Assembly (NCBI GenBank): GCA_025355955.1
Contig: JANXYP010000346.1
Location: 3,945 to 67,944 of the forward strand
Source of the DNA: Chloroflexota bacterium
Lineage (GTDB): Bacteria > Chloroflexota > Chloroflexia > QHBQ01
Direction of reading: 5' to 3'
Length of the DNA: 64,000 bases
Shown: in pieces, positions 8,913 through 17,640 of the stretch
Layout of the letters: each line of letters starts with the position of its first letter
How positions within the stretch are numbered: position 1 is the stretch's first letter
The notes under the pieces: generated by a model
The model's database searches: none
The model's input: the letters and a program-made list of their open reading frames with translations, nothing else
What the model was told of the DNA's origin: nothing
Position numbers and translations under genes: made by a program

Positions 8913-9917
8913 ATGACCGAATCTACAATCTACAATCTACAATCTGCAATCCCCAACGCCCTCTTCCATGCCGACAACCTGCCCACTATTCAACGATATG
9001 TGGGCGATGATAGCGTTGATCTCGTCTATCTCGACCCGCCATTCAACAGCAACGCCAACTATGACCTACTGAACAAGAGGGAAGATGGCGCGAGGGCGAA
9101 GCGGGCGTTCGCCGACACTTGGCGCTGGGATGAGCGGGCGGTGGCAGATTATGCGCTGGCGATGCAGGCAGGTGGGGCGGTAGCACGATATATGCAGGGC
9201 TTCTGCACGATGCTGGGCGAGGGGGGAATGCTTGCCTACCTGGCGATGCTTGCGCCACGCCTGGTAGAGCTACAGCGGGTGATGAAGCCAAGCGGCAGCC
9301 TTTATCTGCACTGCGACCCGACTGCCAGCCACTACCTCAAGCTGCTACTCGACGCAACCTTCGGGGCGGCGCGGTTCCAGAACGAACTTATCTGGCATTA
9401 CCAGACTGGCGGGGCGACTCGCCGCCGCTTCAGCCGCAAGCATGATGTAATTTTCTTCTACACTAAGTCGGAACAGTGGAAGTTCTACAGCGAGCGCATC
9501 GCCGTGCCGCGCAGCGAGGGGGCGCGACTGCGAGCGCAGCGGCCCACCGGCGCACGCATCGCCGCCGACGATGCGACCAAAAACCCCACCGATGTGCTGC
9601 ACATCCAGCAGATGAACCCGATGGCGCACGAGCGCAGCGGCTACCCCACCCAGAAGCCGGAGAAATTGCTGGAAGTGCTAATTGAAGCCAGCAGCGACGA
9701 GGGCGACACCATCCTCGATCCCTGCTGTGGCAGCGGCACCACGTTGGCGGTGGCGCAGCGGCTGGGTCGCCGTTGGCTGGGCATTGATGCCTCGGCGCAG
9801 GCGATCGCGCTAACGCAAGGCAGACTAGCGGGGGCGGATTATAAGATGATTGAGGAGAATGTTGTTTTAGCGGGAACTAATCTGCTCCTGCCGTCGTCTA
9901 TGTTGTGGAGGTGTTAG
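8913..9917 (+). CDS. Beta-class N6-adenine/N4-cytosine DNA methyltransferase with no adjacent restriction gene
   Basis: DLVYLDPPFNS (motif IV, DPPF) is N-terminal and ILDPCCGSGTT (motif I) is C-terminal, which is the beta-class order (N6_N4_Mtase type). The ORF track starts at TTG 8883; I prefer ATG 8913. An ATCTACA heptamer array (8921-8950) falls in the first codons. Confidence 0.85.
   Translation: MTESTIYNLQSAIPNALFHADNLPTIQRYVGDDSVDLVYLDPPFNSNANYDLLNKREDGARAKRAFADTWRWDERAVADYALAMQAGGAVARYMQGFCTMLGEGGMLAYLAMLAPRLVELQRVMKPSGSLYLHCDPTASHYLKLLLDATFGAARFQNELIWHYQTGGATRRRFSRKHDVIFFYTKSEQWKFYSERIAVPRSEGARLRAQRPTGARIAADDATKNPTDVLHIQQMNPMAHERSGYPTQKPEKLLEVLIEASSDEGDTILDPCCGSGTTLAVAQRLGRRWLGIDASAQAIALTQGRLAGADYKMIEENVVLAGTNLLLPSSMLWRC
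8921..8950. repeat. Heptamer array ATCTACA/ATCTGCA x4 in the first codons of the methyltransferase ORF
   Basis: Stop-free on the + (coding) strand. The minus strand has TAG in every unit. Confidence 0.85.
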
Positions 9918-9951
9918 CCACAATCATGACCCCACGTGAAAGGAGCAGACC

Positions 9952-10491
9952 ATGCGTACTAACTTTTGGATCGGTGTTGCCCAGGTGGTGTTGCTGCTAT
10001 TTGCCGCTGCGATCGTGCTGCTGGCCGCGCAGCGGCTGACCTCGCCCGCCAACTATTACCGCCTCGCCGCGCTTGCCGCCGTCGCTACTATCGGCGGGCC
10101 AGTGTCAACCAATTCCGTGCCGCAGGCGCAACCACCGCTGCCTGCCTACTCCCCGCCGTTGCAGCAGCCACCCGCATCATCAACCGCTAGCTATACCGCC
10201 CGCTCTGCTAGCACGGTGATATACAACATCACGGTCAGCAACAACAAGGCGAACAGCGACACTTACCACGTGACGCTGCGCTCCAGTGCGGGCTGGGCCG
10301 CTGCGGATAGCCTGCCCAGCACGCTCACCCTCGGCCCCAACAGCAGCGCGCAGTTCAGCGTAACCGTGCGCGTACCGGCCAACGCTAATGGCGAGAGCGA
10401 TGAGACCAGTGTGATCGTCAGCAGTGACCTGAACGGCGAACAGGAGAGTTCCACGCTCACGACCGTGGTGTGCAACGGCTGCAACCCATAG
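9952..10491 (+). CDS. Secreted or membrane-anchored hypothetical protein
   Basis: AAAGGAG RBS and an N-terminal TM/signal anchor. The C-terminal beta-rich block (YHVTLRSSAGWAAADSLPSTLTLGPNSSAQFSVTVRVP) resembles a block in the 22799..23980 protein. No function can be assigned. Confidence 0.6.
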   Translation: MRTNFWIGVAQVVLLLFAAAIVLLAAQRLTSPANYYRLAALAAVATIGGPVSTNSVPQAQPPLPAYSPPLQQPPASSTASYTARSASTVIYNITVSNNKANSDTYHVTLRSSAGWAAADSLPSTLTLGPNSSAQFSVTVRVPANANGESDETSVIVSSDLNGEQESSTLTTVVCNGCNP

Positions 10492-10628
10492 GCAGTAGAG
10501 CTAATATTACAGCCTCACCGGGCATATTAGCGCCATATTGGTGTAGGGGCGAATCGCATACGCCCTGCCGCCAAGTATCTAAACCAATCGTAACTACATC
10601 ATCTTGCCTGCCAACTGAGGCTGTAATA

Positions 10629-12791
10629 CTAAGGCCCAGCCTGATACTTCTGCTGGTATTGGAAGGTGCCTAGCTGGCTGAGTTCTACCTCGTAGGGCGT
10701 GCCAGCGTTTTCGGGGTGCAGCTCGAACACCGCCCGCTCGAAGTATTGCACCGTATAGGTCTTACCGTCGAGGGCAGACACCTCCTGGAACTCATCGCTG
10801 ATCGGATAGCCCTGCTGCGTCAACCCACCATGGCTCACCCAGTAGGCGCGGAACTTGCCGCCCACCGTATGGCCGGTAAGCTGGAAGTAGAGCGGGTTAT
10901 CGGTGCTGACCGTCTGGTTGGGCGCACCGTCGGGATATTTGGCGTGGTAGCGGAAGGTGCCTAGCTGGCTGAGTTCCACTTCGTAGGGCGTACCAGCGTT
11001 TTCGGGGTGCAACTCGAACTCGGCCCGCTCGAAGTATTGCACCGTGTAGGTCTTGCCATCCAGCAGGCTGACCTCCTGGAACTCGTCGGTGATGGGGTAG
11101 CCTTGCTGCGCCAATCCGCCGTGGCTCTCCCAGTAAGCGCGGAACTTGCCGCCGATGGTCTTGCCAGTCACGTCAAACTTATAGGGATTGGCGGTGCTGG
11201 CGGTCTGCGGCGGGGGGGTGGTCGCCGGGGTAGCTACTGGCGTGGCGGTCACGGCAGGCGTTCCTGATCCCCCTCCCCCGCCGGGGGGAGGGTTAGGGAG
11301 GGGGGCGCTGCGCGTGCCGCGAATGGTATAGACATCCTCGCGCTGATTGCGGGTATCGGTCCAGACTATCCATACCGCATTACCCGCGGCGGAGATGCCC
11401 ATGTAATCGCCTGCCGCGTTGCCCGCGTCGGCGGCGATGCCGATGTTGTAGTCGGAAGCAGCGGTGCTGAGGCGGGTATCCGGCTGCCAGGTCTTGCCAC
11501 CGTCGCTGCTGGAGGTATAGTAGAGGTTGAGCAGCAAGTTGTTGGGGTCGTCGCGCTTGTCCATCCAGGCCACGTGAATCGTGCCGTCGGGCGCGACCGC
11601 AATGGTAGGCTCCACCTGGTCTATGCGACGGCCAGTCGGGTCGTCGTTGAGCCGCACGGGGCTGCTCCAGGTGTCGCCGCTATCGGCGCTACGGCTGTAG
11701 TAAATGTCGTAACCGTTAGTGGCATCGTTGCGGGCATCCGGCCACACCATATAGACGTTGCCATTGTGACGGTCCACCGCCACCGCCTGCATCGTGATGG
11801 TGCGCCAGTTCTCCGCGCTGTTACCCCTGGGGCAGCCAGTGCCGCAGTTCACCTCGGCAACGTCAGCGATCGGCCTCTCCGCCGACCAACTAACCCCGCC
11901 ATTGGTGGATTTCACCTCGGTGATGGCGGTGGTGCCATCGCCATACATCGTCACCAGCACATTGCCGTTGGGCAGCACCACCGGGATGCTTACCAGGGTC
12001 TCGTTATTACCAAGCTGCACAGGAGTTGACCAGGTTGCGCCGCCATTGGTGGAATATGCGCCGAAGTAGCGGACCACATACTCATTGCTCCAGGTTACAT
12101 ATAGGCGGTTGTAGTAGGGGCTGGCAGGGTTGGTGTCAATCGCCATCCAATCCTTGTCGCTGCTGCCCTTGCCGCCGCGCCAGGCAGCCACTACCTTGCT
12201 CCAGGTTGCGCCGCCGTCGCTGCTGCGGGTGACGTATGTCCCCTCATCGGGGCCACCGTAGGCTAGCAGCGAGACGTAGGCCACGCCGTCCGCGCCGAAA
12301 ACTACTACGGGGTCGCTTTCATCGGCCACCTTGAGGTCGCGCACGCCGGGGGCCAACTGGTTAGTCCAGGTTTGCCCGCCGTCGAGGGTTGCGCCCAGGT
12401 AGACCTGCTTTTTGCCGTCGCGCCAATCCTTGAACGCGACCACTGCGTTCATGTCGTTGCGCGGGTTGACCGCGATCTCCGGCTCGTGGTGGGCGCAGTT
12501 GGTGTTGCTGGCGTTGCAGGTCTCGGCATCGGTGTTGGCCTTCTGGTTCGGTCCCCACACAATCGGCCCGCTCGGAATAGATGGTGGGGTTGGGGTAGGG
12601 CCGCCAATAGCGGGCGTTGTGGTAGGCGTGGCAGCGGGCGGGCCGGGCGGAGATGTGGGGGTGCGGGTAGGCAATCCGCGATATAGGCCGCCCGCTGGCT
12701 GCGGCGCGGTAGACGCGGCCTGGCTGATGTTGCCCGCGACAAACAGGGTCAACGCGAAGAACACGAACAAGAGGGTTGACAGTTTACGCAT
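10629..12791 (-). CDS. Secreted BNR/Asp-box (sialidase-like) beta-propeller protein with two C-terminal LGFP-like repeats
   Basis: Signal peptide, then Asp-box repeats SSDGGATWS, STNGGATWS, STNGGVSWS, SADSGDTWS and SSDGGKTWQ. A Pro/Thr linker follows, then two copies of GGKFRAYW.SHGGL.QQGYPI.DEFQEVS.LDGKTYTVQYFERA.FELHPEN. Confidence 0.8.
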   Translation of the reverse strand: MRKLSTLLFVFFALTLFVAGNISQAASTAPQPAGGLYRGLPTRTPTSPPGPPAATPTTTPAIGGPTPTPPSIPSGPIVWGPNQKANTDAETCNASNTNCAHHEPEIAVNPRNDMNAVVAFKDWRDGKKQVYLGATLDGGQTWTNQLAPGVRDLKVADESDPVVVFGADGVAYVSLLAYGGPDEGTYVTRSSDGGATWSKVVAAWRGGKGSSDKDWMAIDTNPASPYYNRLYVTWSNEYVVRYFGAYSTNGGATWSTPVQLGNNETLVSIPVVLPNGNVLVTMYGDGTTAITEVKSTNGGVSWSAERPIADVAEVNCGTGCPRGNSAENWRTITMQAVAVDRHNGNVYMVWPDARNDATNGYDIYYSRSADSGDTWSSPVRLNDDPTGRRIDQVEPTIAVAPDGTIHVAWMDKRDDPNNLLLNLYYTSSSDGGKTWQPDTRLSTAASDYNIGIAADAGNAAGDYMGISAAGNAVWIVWTDTRNQREDVYTIRGTRSAPLPNPPPGGGGGSGTPAVTATPVATPATTPPPQTASTANPYKFDVTGKTIGGKFRAYWESHGGLAQQGYPITDEFQEVSLLDGKTYTVQYFERAEFELHPENAGTPYEVELSQLGTFRYHAKYPDGAPNQTVSTDNPLYFQLTGHTVGGKFRAYWVSHGGLTQQGYPISDEFQEVSALDGKTYTVQYFERAVFELHPENAGTPYEVELSQLGTFQYQQKYQAGP

Positions 12792-12919
12792 CTTTCACCT
12801 CTCCTTTTAGCCACGTCCGGTTGGGTTACGCCATATGGCCGTAGGGCGGGATAAATCCCGCCCCTACAACCCGATTTGTACCTTTAGCAGAAGGATAATC
12901 CCACCCTGGCTAAAGCTCG

Positions 12920-15900
12920 TTATGGTGCAATCGGGTACTTCTGCTGGTACTGGAAGGTACCTAGTTGGCTGAGTTCCACCTCGTATGCAGTACCCGCGTT
13001 TTCGGGATGTAGCTCGAACACCGCCCGCTCGAAGTATTGCACCGTGTAGGTCTTGCCGTCCAGTGGGCTGACCTCTTGGAACTCGTCGGAGATGGGGTAG
13101 CCTTGCTGCGCCAGCCCGCCGTGGCTCTCCCAGTAGGCGCGGAACTTGCCGCCGATAGTATGTCCCGTCTGCGGGAAGGGGTAGGGATGATCGGTACTGG
13201 CAGTCTGACCCGTTGCGCCGTTGGGGTATTTCTGCTTGTAACGGAAGGTGCCAAGCTGACTGAGCAGCACATCGTTAGGTGCGGCGTTTTCGGGGTGCAA
13301 CTCCATCACTGCCCGCTCGAAGTATTGCACGGTGTAGGTCTTGCCGTCGAGGGCGGACACCTCCTGAAACTCATTGCTGATCGGGTAGCCCTGCTGCGCC
13401 AACCCACCGTGGTTCTCCCAATAAGCGCGGAACTTGCCGCCAATAGTCTTGCCAGTCTGGGGGAAGAGGTAGGGATGGTCGGTGCTGGCGGTCTGCGTCG
13501 GGGCAGGAACGGGTGTGGCGGTGGGTAGCGGCGTGCTTGTTGCCGCAGGGGTGGGAGTTGCGTCCTCGCAAGAGACGGTAGCCGCCTCCACCGAGGTGAG
13601 CAAACTGCCACGTGCACCGCCACCGATGGCAAAGATGGTATTGCCCACGCTTGCCCCTGCTGGGATCATACGGTACTGCGCCATGTTCGGCCCGTTGCTC
13701 CACGTGTTGCTAGTCGAGTCGTACACGTAGCTCTGGTTTTGCTCCGCTGCGCTATTGCCGTAGATGCCACCGAAGACATAGAGGTGGTTACCGACCACCG
13801 CACTGCCCGGGTAGTCAATCGCGCGGGGTAGGTCGGCGCGGGCAGTCCAGGTATCCGCGGCAATGTCGTAGTCATAGGTAGAGGTGGTAAAGCTCATCGA
13901 ACCCAGGTCGAAGCCACCGGCGCTGTAAAGATGGCCGTTGATTACGCCGTAGCCCATACCGCTGACTTTGGCGGGGCTGGTAGCGCGGCTGGCCCAGGTG
14001 TTGGCAAGGGGGTCGTACACCCAGGTCTGATCGGTGACTGAAGGGGTAACCAGGCTGGTGAGGCCGCCAACCAGGTAGATCTTGCCGTTCCAGTAACCCG
14101 CCGCCATGAACGCATGGGCCAGCGGCATGGGTGCGCCGCTGCTCCACGAGTTGCTGGCGAGGTCATAGATGCGCGTGTCGGCGAAGCTGCTGCTGTTAGT
14201 CGTGAGCGTGCCTTTTACGCCGCCGAAGACGTAGAGCTTCTTGTTGATTGGCGAGTAGACGGCGTTGCCAGCCAGAAACGCGCTGGGCGCATGGGCGAGG
14301 CTAGTCCAGGTGTTAGCAGTGGGGTCATAGCGTAGTAGCTGGTTGCTCTCGTTCAGTCCTGACAGGGTAAACGTCCCGCCTGCCACGTAGACGTAGGTGC
14401 CGTCGCTGGCCGCCGCGCCGCTCATCGAGCCGGGCAGCGGAGCAACAGTTTGCCAGTTCCCCAGTGGCCCATTGCAGGGGGCAGTTTGGGCGGTGGCCCT
14501 GGTAGCTAGCCCACTAACGCTGCCAATCATCAGGGCAACGATAGCCGCGGTGGAGGCAAGCCTAACCAGTACGCCGCTCAGGTGCGGCATCGACATGGAG
14601 GTGGTTGGATTCTGATTCTGCATCTTTACTCTCTCTTTCAGGCCCGCAATGCGGGCGCTATAGGTCAATATCAGCAATAAAGGCGTGGTCGCCGGGGTAG
14701 GAGTGCCAGCCGAAGGCGGCGCAGGCGGTGCAGCCTGACATGAGACAGCGGCAATCTCAGCCGAGGCTAGCAGGCTGTCACTGCGGCCCTCGACTGCCAC
14801 GATGCTGTTGCCGACACTCGCGCCGCCGGGCAGCATCCACGCTTGCGCCATGTCCGACCCGCTGCTCCAGCGATCGCCGGTGGGGTCGTAAACGTAGGTG
14901 TGAGGCTGCATTAGGCTGCGATTATCAATGCCGCCGAAGACATACAGATGGTTGCCCACCACGGCGCTGCCAGCATAGTTGATCGCGGTGGGTAGGCTAG
15001 CGCGGGTCGTCCAGCGATCGGCGGCGATGTCGAAATCATAAGTGGCATTGGTAAACCCGCCAGTGGTGGGGTCGAAGCCGCCCACTACATAGAGGTGACC
15101 GTTGATCACGCCGTAGCTGGAGCCGCTCGCCCGCACCGGCAGCGCGGCGCGGTTGGCCCAGGTGTTGGCGAGGGGGTCATATTCCCAGGTTTGGGTCATG
15201 GTCGAAGGATTAGCCAGGCTGGCAAGGCCAGCAACGAGGTAAATACGGCCGTTCCAGTAGCCAGCGGCCATCAGCAGGCGGGTATCAGACATCGGTGCGC
15301 CGCTGCTCCAGGTGTTGGTGGCGGGGTTATAGATGCGGGTGTCAGAGAACGGATTGCTGGCGGCAGCAGTGGGCCCGTGTGCGCCGCCGAAGACGTAGAG
15401 TTTCTTGTTGATTGGCGAGTAGACGGCAGTGGCGGCGGCAAACGATGCAGGCGCGGGGGCGAGGGTTGTCCACTTGTTGGCAGCAAGGTCATAGCGCAGT
15501 AGTTGATTGCTCTCTTTAAGCCCTGACAAAGTGAAATTTCCGCCTGCCACATAGACGTAGGTGCCATCGCTTGCGGTAGCCCCACCAGTTGCCGCGCCGG
15601 GGAGCGAGGCAGCATTGTGCCATGACCCAGGCGGCCCATTGCAGGGGGTGGGTTGAGCGGTTGGTGCGGCAGTTGGCATCAAAGTGGGCGTTGGCGTAGG
15701 TTGCGCGCCAGGGTGAAGTTGCTGCCTCCTGATCAGGTCGGAGGCGACCGCGATGCTGCCGAGCAGCAACCCGATGATGATAAGGGCGGTGACAAACCGA
15801 CCGAACAGGCTGCTCAGGCGCGGCAGCGGCGAGGAGGTGGCGGCGTTTTGCGGTGCTGCGTTTTGGCGACCTGCCCAGCGGGGGCTGGCGCTAGTGCGGG

Positions 15901-16105
15901 CAAACCTCGCCTCTGCCTCGAGCTGCTGGCGCAGCCGTGTGCGGAAGGCGGGGGTGGGCTTCTGCCCATGAATCTCCCGATGCAAGCGCCTGGCAATTAT
16001 AGCCTCACCAGGATCGAGGCCAGCGGGCGGCCTGGCGTTTTCGTCCTGAGCTAGCACAGCGCAGTATTGCTCGAGCAGGGTGGCTTGTTGCTCTGGGTCG
16101 GTCAT
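12920..16105 (-). CDS. Anti-sigma factor (by position), TM helix and Kelch propeller, read through in frame into a second signal-peptide, Kelch propeller and 2x LGFP-like unit
   Basis: One 1061-aa ORF. Its start overlaps the stop of the upstream ECF sigma gene (TGATG). It has a TM helix (FVTALIIIGLLLGSIAVA) and Kelch-type blades (LYVFGG, IYLVAG, LYVVGGF). An internal ATG at 14623 is preceded by GAAAGAGAGAG and a GC hairpin, and it opens a second signal-peptide-like segment with a paralogous Kelch propeller. This may really be two genes (14624..16105 and 12920..14623). Confidence 0.6.
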   Translation of the reverse strand: MTDPEQQATLLEQYCAVLAQDENARPPAGLDPGEAIIARRLHREIHGQKPTPAFRTRLRQQLEAEARFARTSASPRWAGRQNAAPQNAATSSPLPRLSSLFGRFVTALIIIGLLLGSIAVASDLIRRQQLHPGAQPTPTPTLMPTAAPTAQPTPCNGPPGSWHNAASLPGAATGGATASDGTYVYVAGGNFTLSGLKESNQLLRYDLAANKWTTLAPAPASFAAATAVYSPINKKLYVFGGAHGPTAAASNPFSDTRIYNPATNTWSSGAPMSDTRLLMAAGYWNGRIYLVAGLASLANPSTMTQTWEYDPLANTWANRAALPVRASGSSYGVINGHLYVVGGFDPTTGGFTNATYDFDIAADRWTTRASLPTAINYAGSAVVGNHLYVFGGIDNRSLMQPHTYVYDPTGDRWSSGSDMAQAWMLPGGASVGNSIVAVEGRSDSLLASAEIAAVSCQAAPPAPPSAGTPTPATTPLLLILTYSARIAGLKERVKMQNQNPTTSMSMPHLSGVLVRLASTAAIVALMIGSVSGLATRATAQTAPCNGPLGNWQTVAPLPGSMSGAAASDGTYVYVAGGTFTLSGLNESNQLLRYDPTANTWTSLAHAPSAFLAGNAVYSPINKKLYVFGGVKGTLTTNSSSFADTRIYDLASNSWSSGAPMPLAHAFMAAGYWNGKIYLVGGLTSLVTPSVTDQTWVYDPLANTWASRATSPAKVSGMGYGVINGHLYSAGGFDLGSMSFTTSTYDYDIAADTWTARADLPRAIDYPGSAVVGNHLYVFGGIYGNSAAEQNQSYVYDSTSNTWSNGPNMAQYRMIPAGASVGNTIFAIGGGARGSLLTSVEAATVSCEDATPTPAATSTPLPTATPVPAPTQTASTDHPYLFPQTGKTIGGKFRAYWENHGGLAQQGYPISNEFQEVSALDGKTYTVQYFERAVMELHPENAAPNDVLLSQLGTFRYKQKYPNGATGQTASTDHPYPFPQTGHTIGGKFRAYWESHGGLAQQGYPISDEFQEVSPLDGKTYTVQYFERAVFELHPENAGTAYEVELSQLGTFQYQQKYPIAP

Positions 16106-16689
16106 CAGGCCATCTCCGAACCTAGAATGAGCTGCTTCAACCTTTCGACAGCACGGTGACGCAGCATCCTGATTGCCGGGGCGCTCTTATCCAGCGCCTC
16201 GCTGATCTGCGCCCCGCTCCAGCCCGCGCACTGCAACTCCAACACGGTGCGCTGTTCGTCAGGTAGCTGGGCCAGTGCGACGCGCAAGTCCTCAAGTTCG
16301 CTAGCGATGATGATCGTCTCTTCCATACTGGGGCTGGGGTCCGCCAGCTCGCTCATCTCGAACGAGGCATGGGGTCGCTGGCGAGTTTGCAGATTGATCA
16401 CCACATTATGGGCGATACGGAACAGCCAGGCGGCGAACATCCCGCCACGATAGCTGCCCAGCGCGGTGAACGCCTTGAGGAACACCTCGCTGCTGGCATC
16501 CTCGGCTGCCTCGCGGCTGTTCAGGCGCACGTAGCAGTAGGAGTAGATCGGCTCCAGGTAACGATCGTATAGGCGCGTGAAAGCCAACGGGTCGGCCAGC
16601 GCCGCTCGCATCAGTTCTTCATCAGGCTGCTCCTCGGATGCGGCCACTTCCGCCCGTCGGCGGCTAGCCAACCCGAACAGGAAAAGCAT
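16105..16689 (-). CDS. ECF (sigma-70 family group IV) sigma factor
   Basis: 194 aa. Region 2 (FTRLYDRYLEPIYSYCYVRL...AEDASSEVFLKAF) and region 4 HTH (RTVLELQCAGWSGAQISEALDKSAPAIRMLRHRAVERLK). Translationally coupled to the downstream anti-sigma-like ORF. Confidence 0.88.
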   Translation of the reverse strand: MLFLFGLASRRRAEVAASEEQPDEELMRAALADPLAFTRLYDRYLEPIYSYCYVRLNSREAAEDASSEVFLKAFTALGSYRGGMFAAWLFRIAHNVVINLQTRQRPHASFEMSELADPSPSMEETIIIASELEDLRVALAQLPDEQRTVLELQCAGWSGAQISEALDKSAPAIRMLRHRAVERLKQLILGSEMA

Positions 16690-16763
16690 ATGCTTGCCCC
16701 TTGTTTGTCGCTGCGCCCAGCAAGTCCGGCGCTTGCCTCACCAGTATAGACACTGCAGTTGGG

Positions 16764-17630
16764 TTAATGTAACGTGCGGTTTGCGGCAATATCTTTGGCC
16801 CACCCAGGAAACACGCCGAGTAGCCGCGCCACCGTTGCGCTGGTGGCCGCATTGCCCAGCGCGTGGAAGCTGAAGAACTCCACGACTACCCACACTTTGG
16901 CAACGGCAATGGCGACAGCCAACTGTTGCGCTGCCGCACCTTGTTCGCCGCTATAGCGCGAGGCGATCAGCCAATAATCGTCCATGCTGCCCAGGCCGGG
17001 GACAGTAATCGCCAGATCGAACGCCACCGCCCCGCGTCCGAAGCGCTCCCAATCGTAGAGGGAGAGTGTGCCATCCTCGCGCACGCCCCAGTTCATCGGG
17101 TTGGGGTCGCCGGAGATGTAGCAATCGGGGCCGAGGTGCACACTGGTTGCTTGTAGGGATTTCAGCGGCTCACGGAGGATGGCGGCGGCAGTGGGGGTAA
17201 AGCAGGACAACGCCGCCGCGCTCATCTCATCCGTCCACTGGGGGCGAAACAGAGGCAAATCGGGAGGGGGTGTAAGGTCTAGCTGATGCAAGGAGCTCAG
17301 CACTGCCAGCAACTCAGAGTCAGCCAGCCAGCGCTCACGAGGCAGCGACGTGGGGATGTCTTCCAGCGCCAACCAGTAGGATGCGGCATCACGCGCCGAC
17401 CAACGCAACTCCGGCACGGCCACACCGTTCGCCCGCAGCGTCGGCGCAACCTCGCGGTAGAAGCGAAACTCGCTGGCCTTGCCGCTGACCTTGATAATCG
17501 CCGAGCCACCAGCGGCGAATCGCACCCGCCACACGCTTGCGTCGCTCATCCCGCCGAGCTGTTCACTCGACTGCGGTGCGCCGTAGGTGGTGAGCAGGAA
17601 GGTGGTTAGGGCGGCGGGCCAATCAAGCAT
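16764..17630 (-). CDS. Aminoglycoside/choline-kinase-like phosphotransferase family protein
   Basis: An APH-like core is present (GDPNPMNW at the catalytic-loop position, then LYDWERFG as the DxD/DFG-like metal site). The usual His of HxDxxxxN is Gly here. I moved the start to ATG 17630, which removes the overlap with the upstream gene. Confidence 0.6.
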   Translation of the reverse strand: MLDWPAALTTFLLTTYGAPQSSEQLGGMSDASVWRVRFAAGGSAIIKVSGKASEFRFYREVAPTLRANGVAVPELRWSARDAASYWLALEDIPTSLPRERWLADSELLAVLSSLHQLDLTPPPDLPLFRPQWTDEMSAAALSCFTPTAAAILREPLKSLQATSVHLGPDCYISGDPNPMNWGVREDGTLSLYDWERFGRGAVAFDLAITVPGLGSMDDYWLIASRYSGEQGAAAQQLAVAIAVAKVWVVVEFFSFHALGNAATSATVARLLGVFPGWAKDIAANRTLH

Positions 17631-17640
17631 GGCTTGACCA

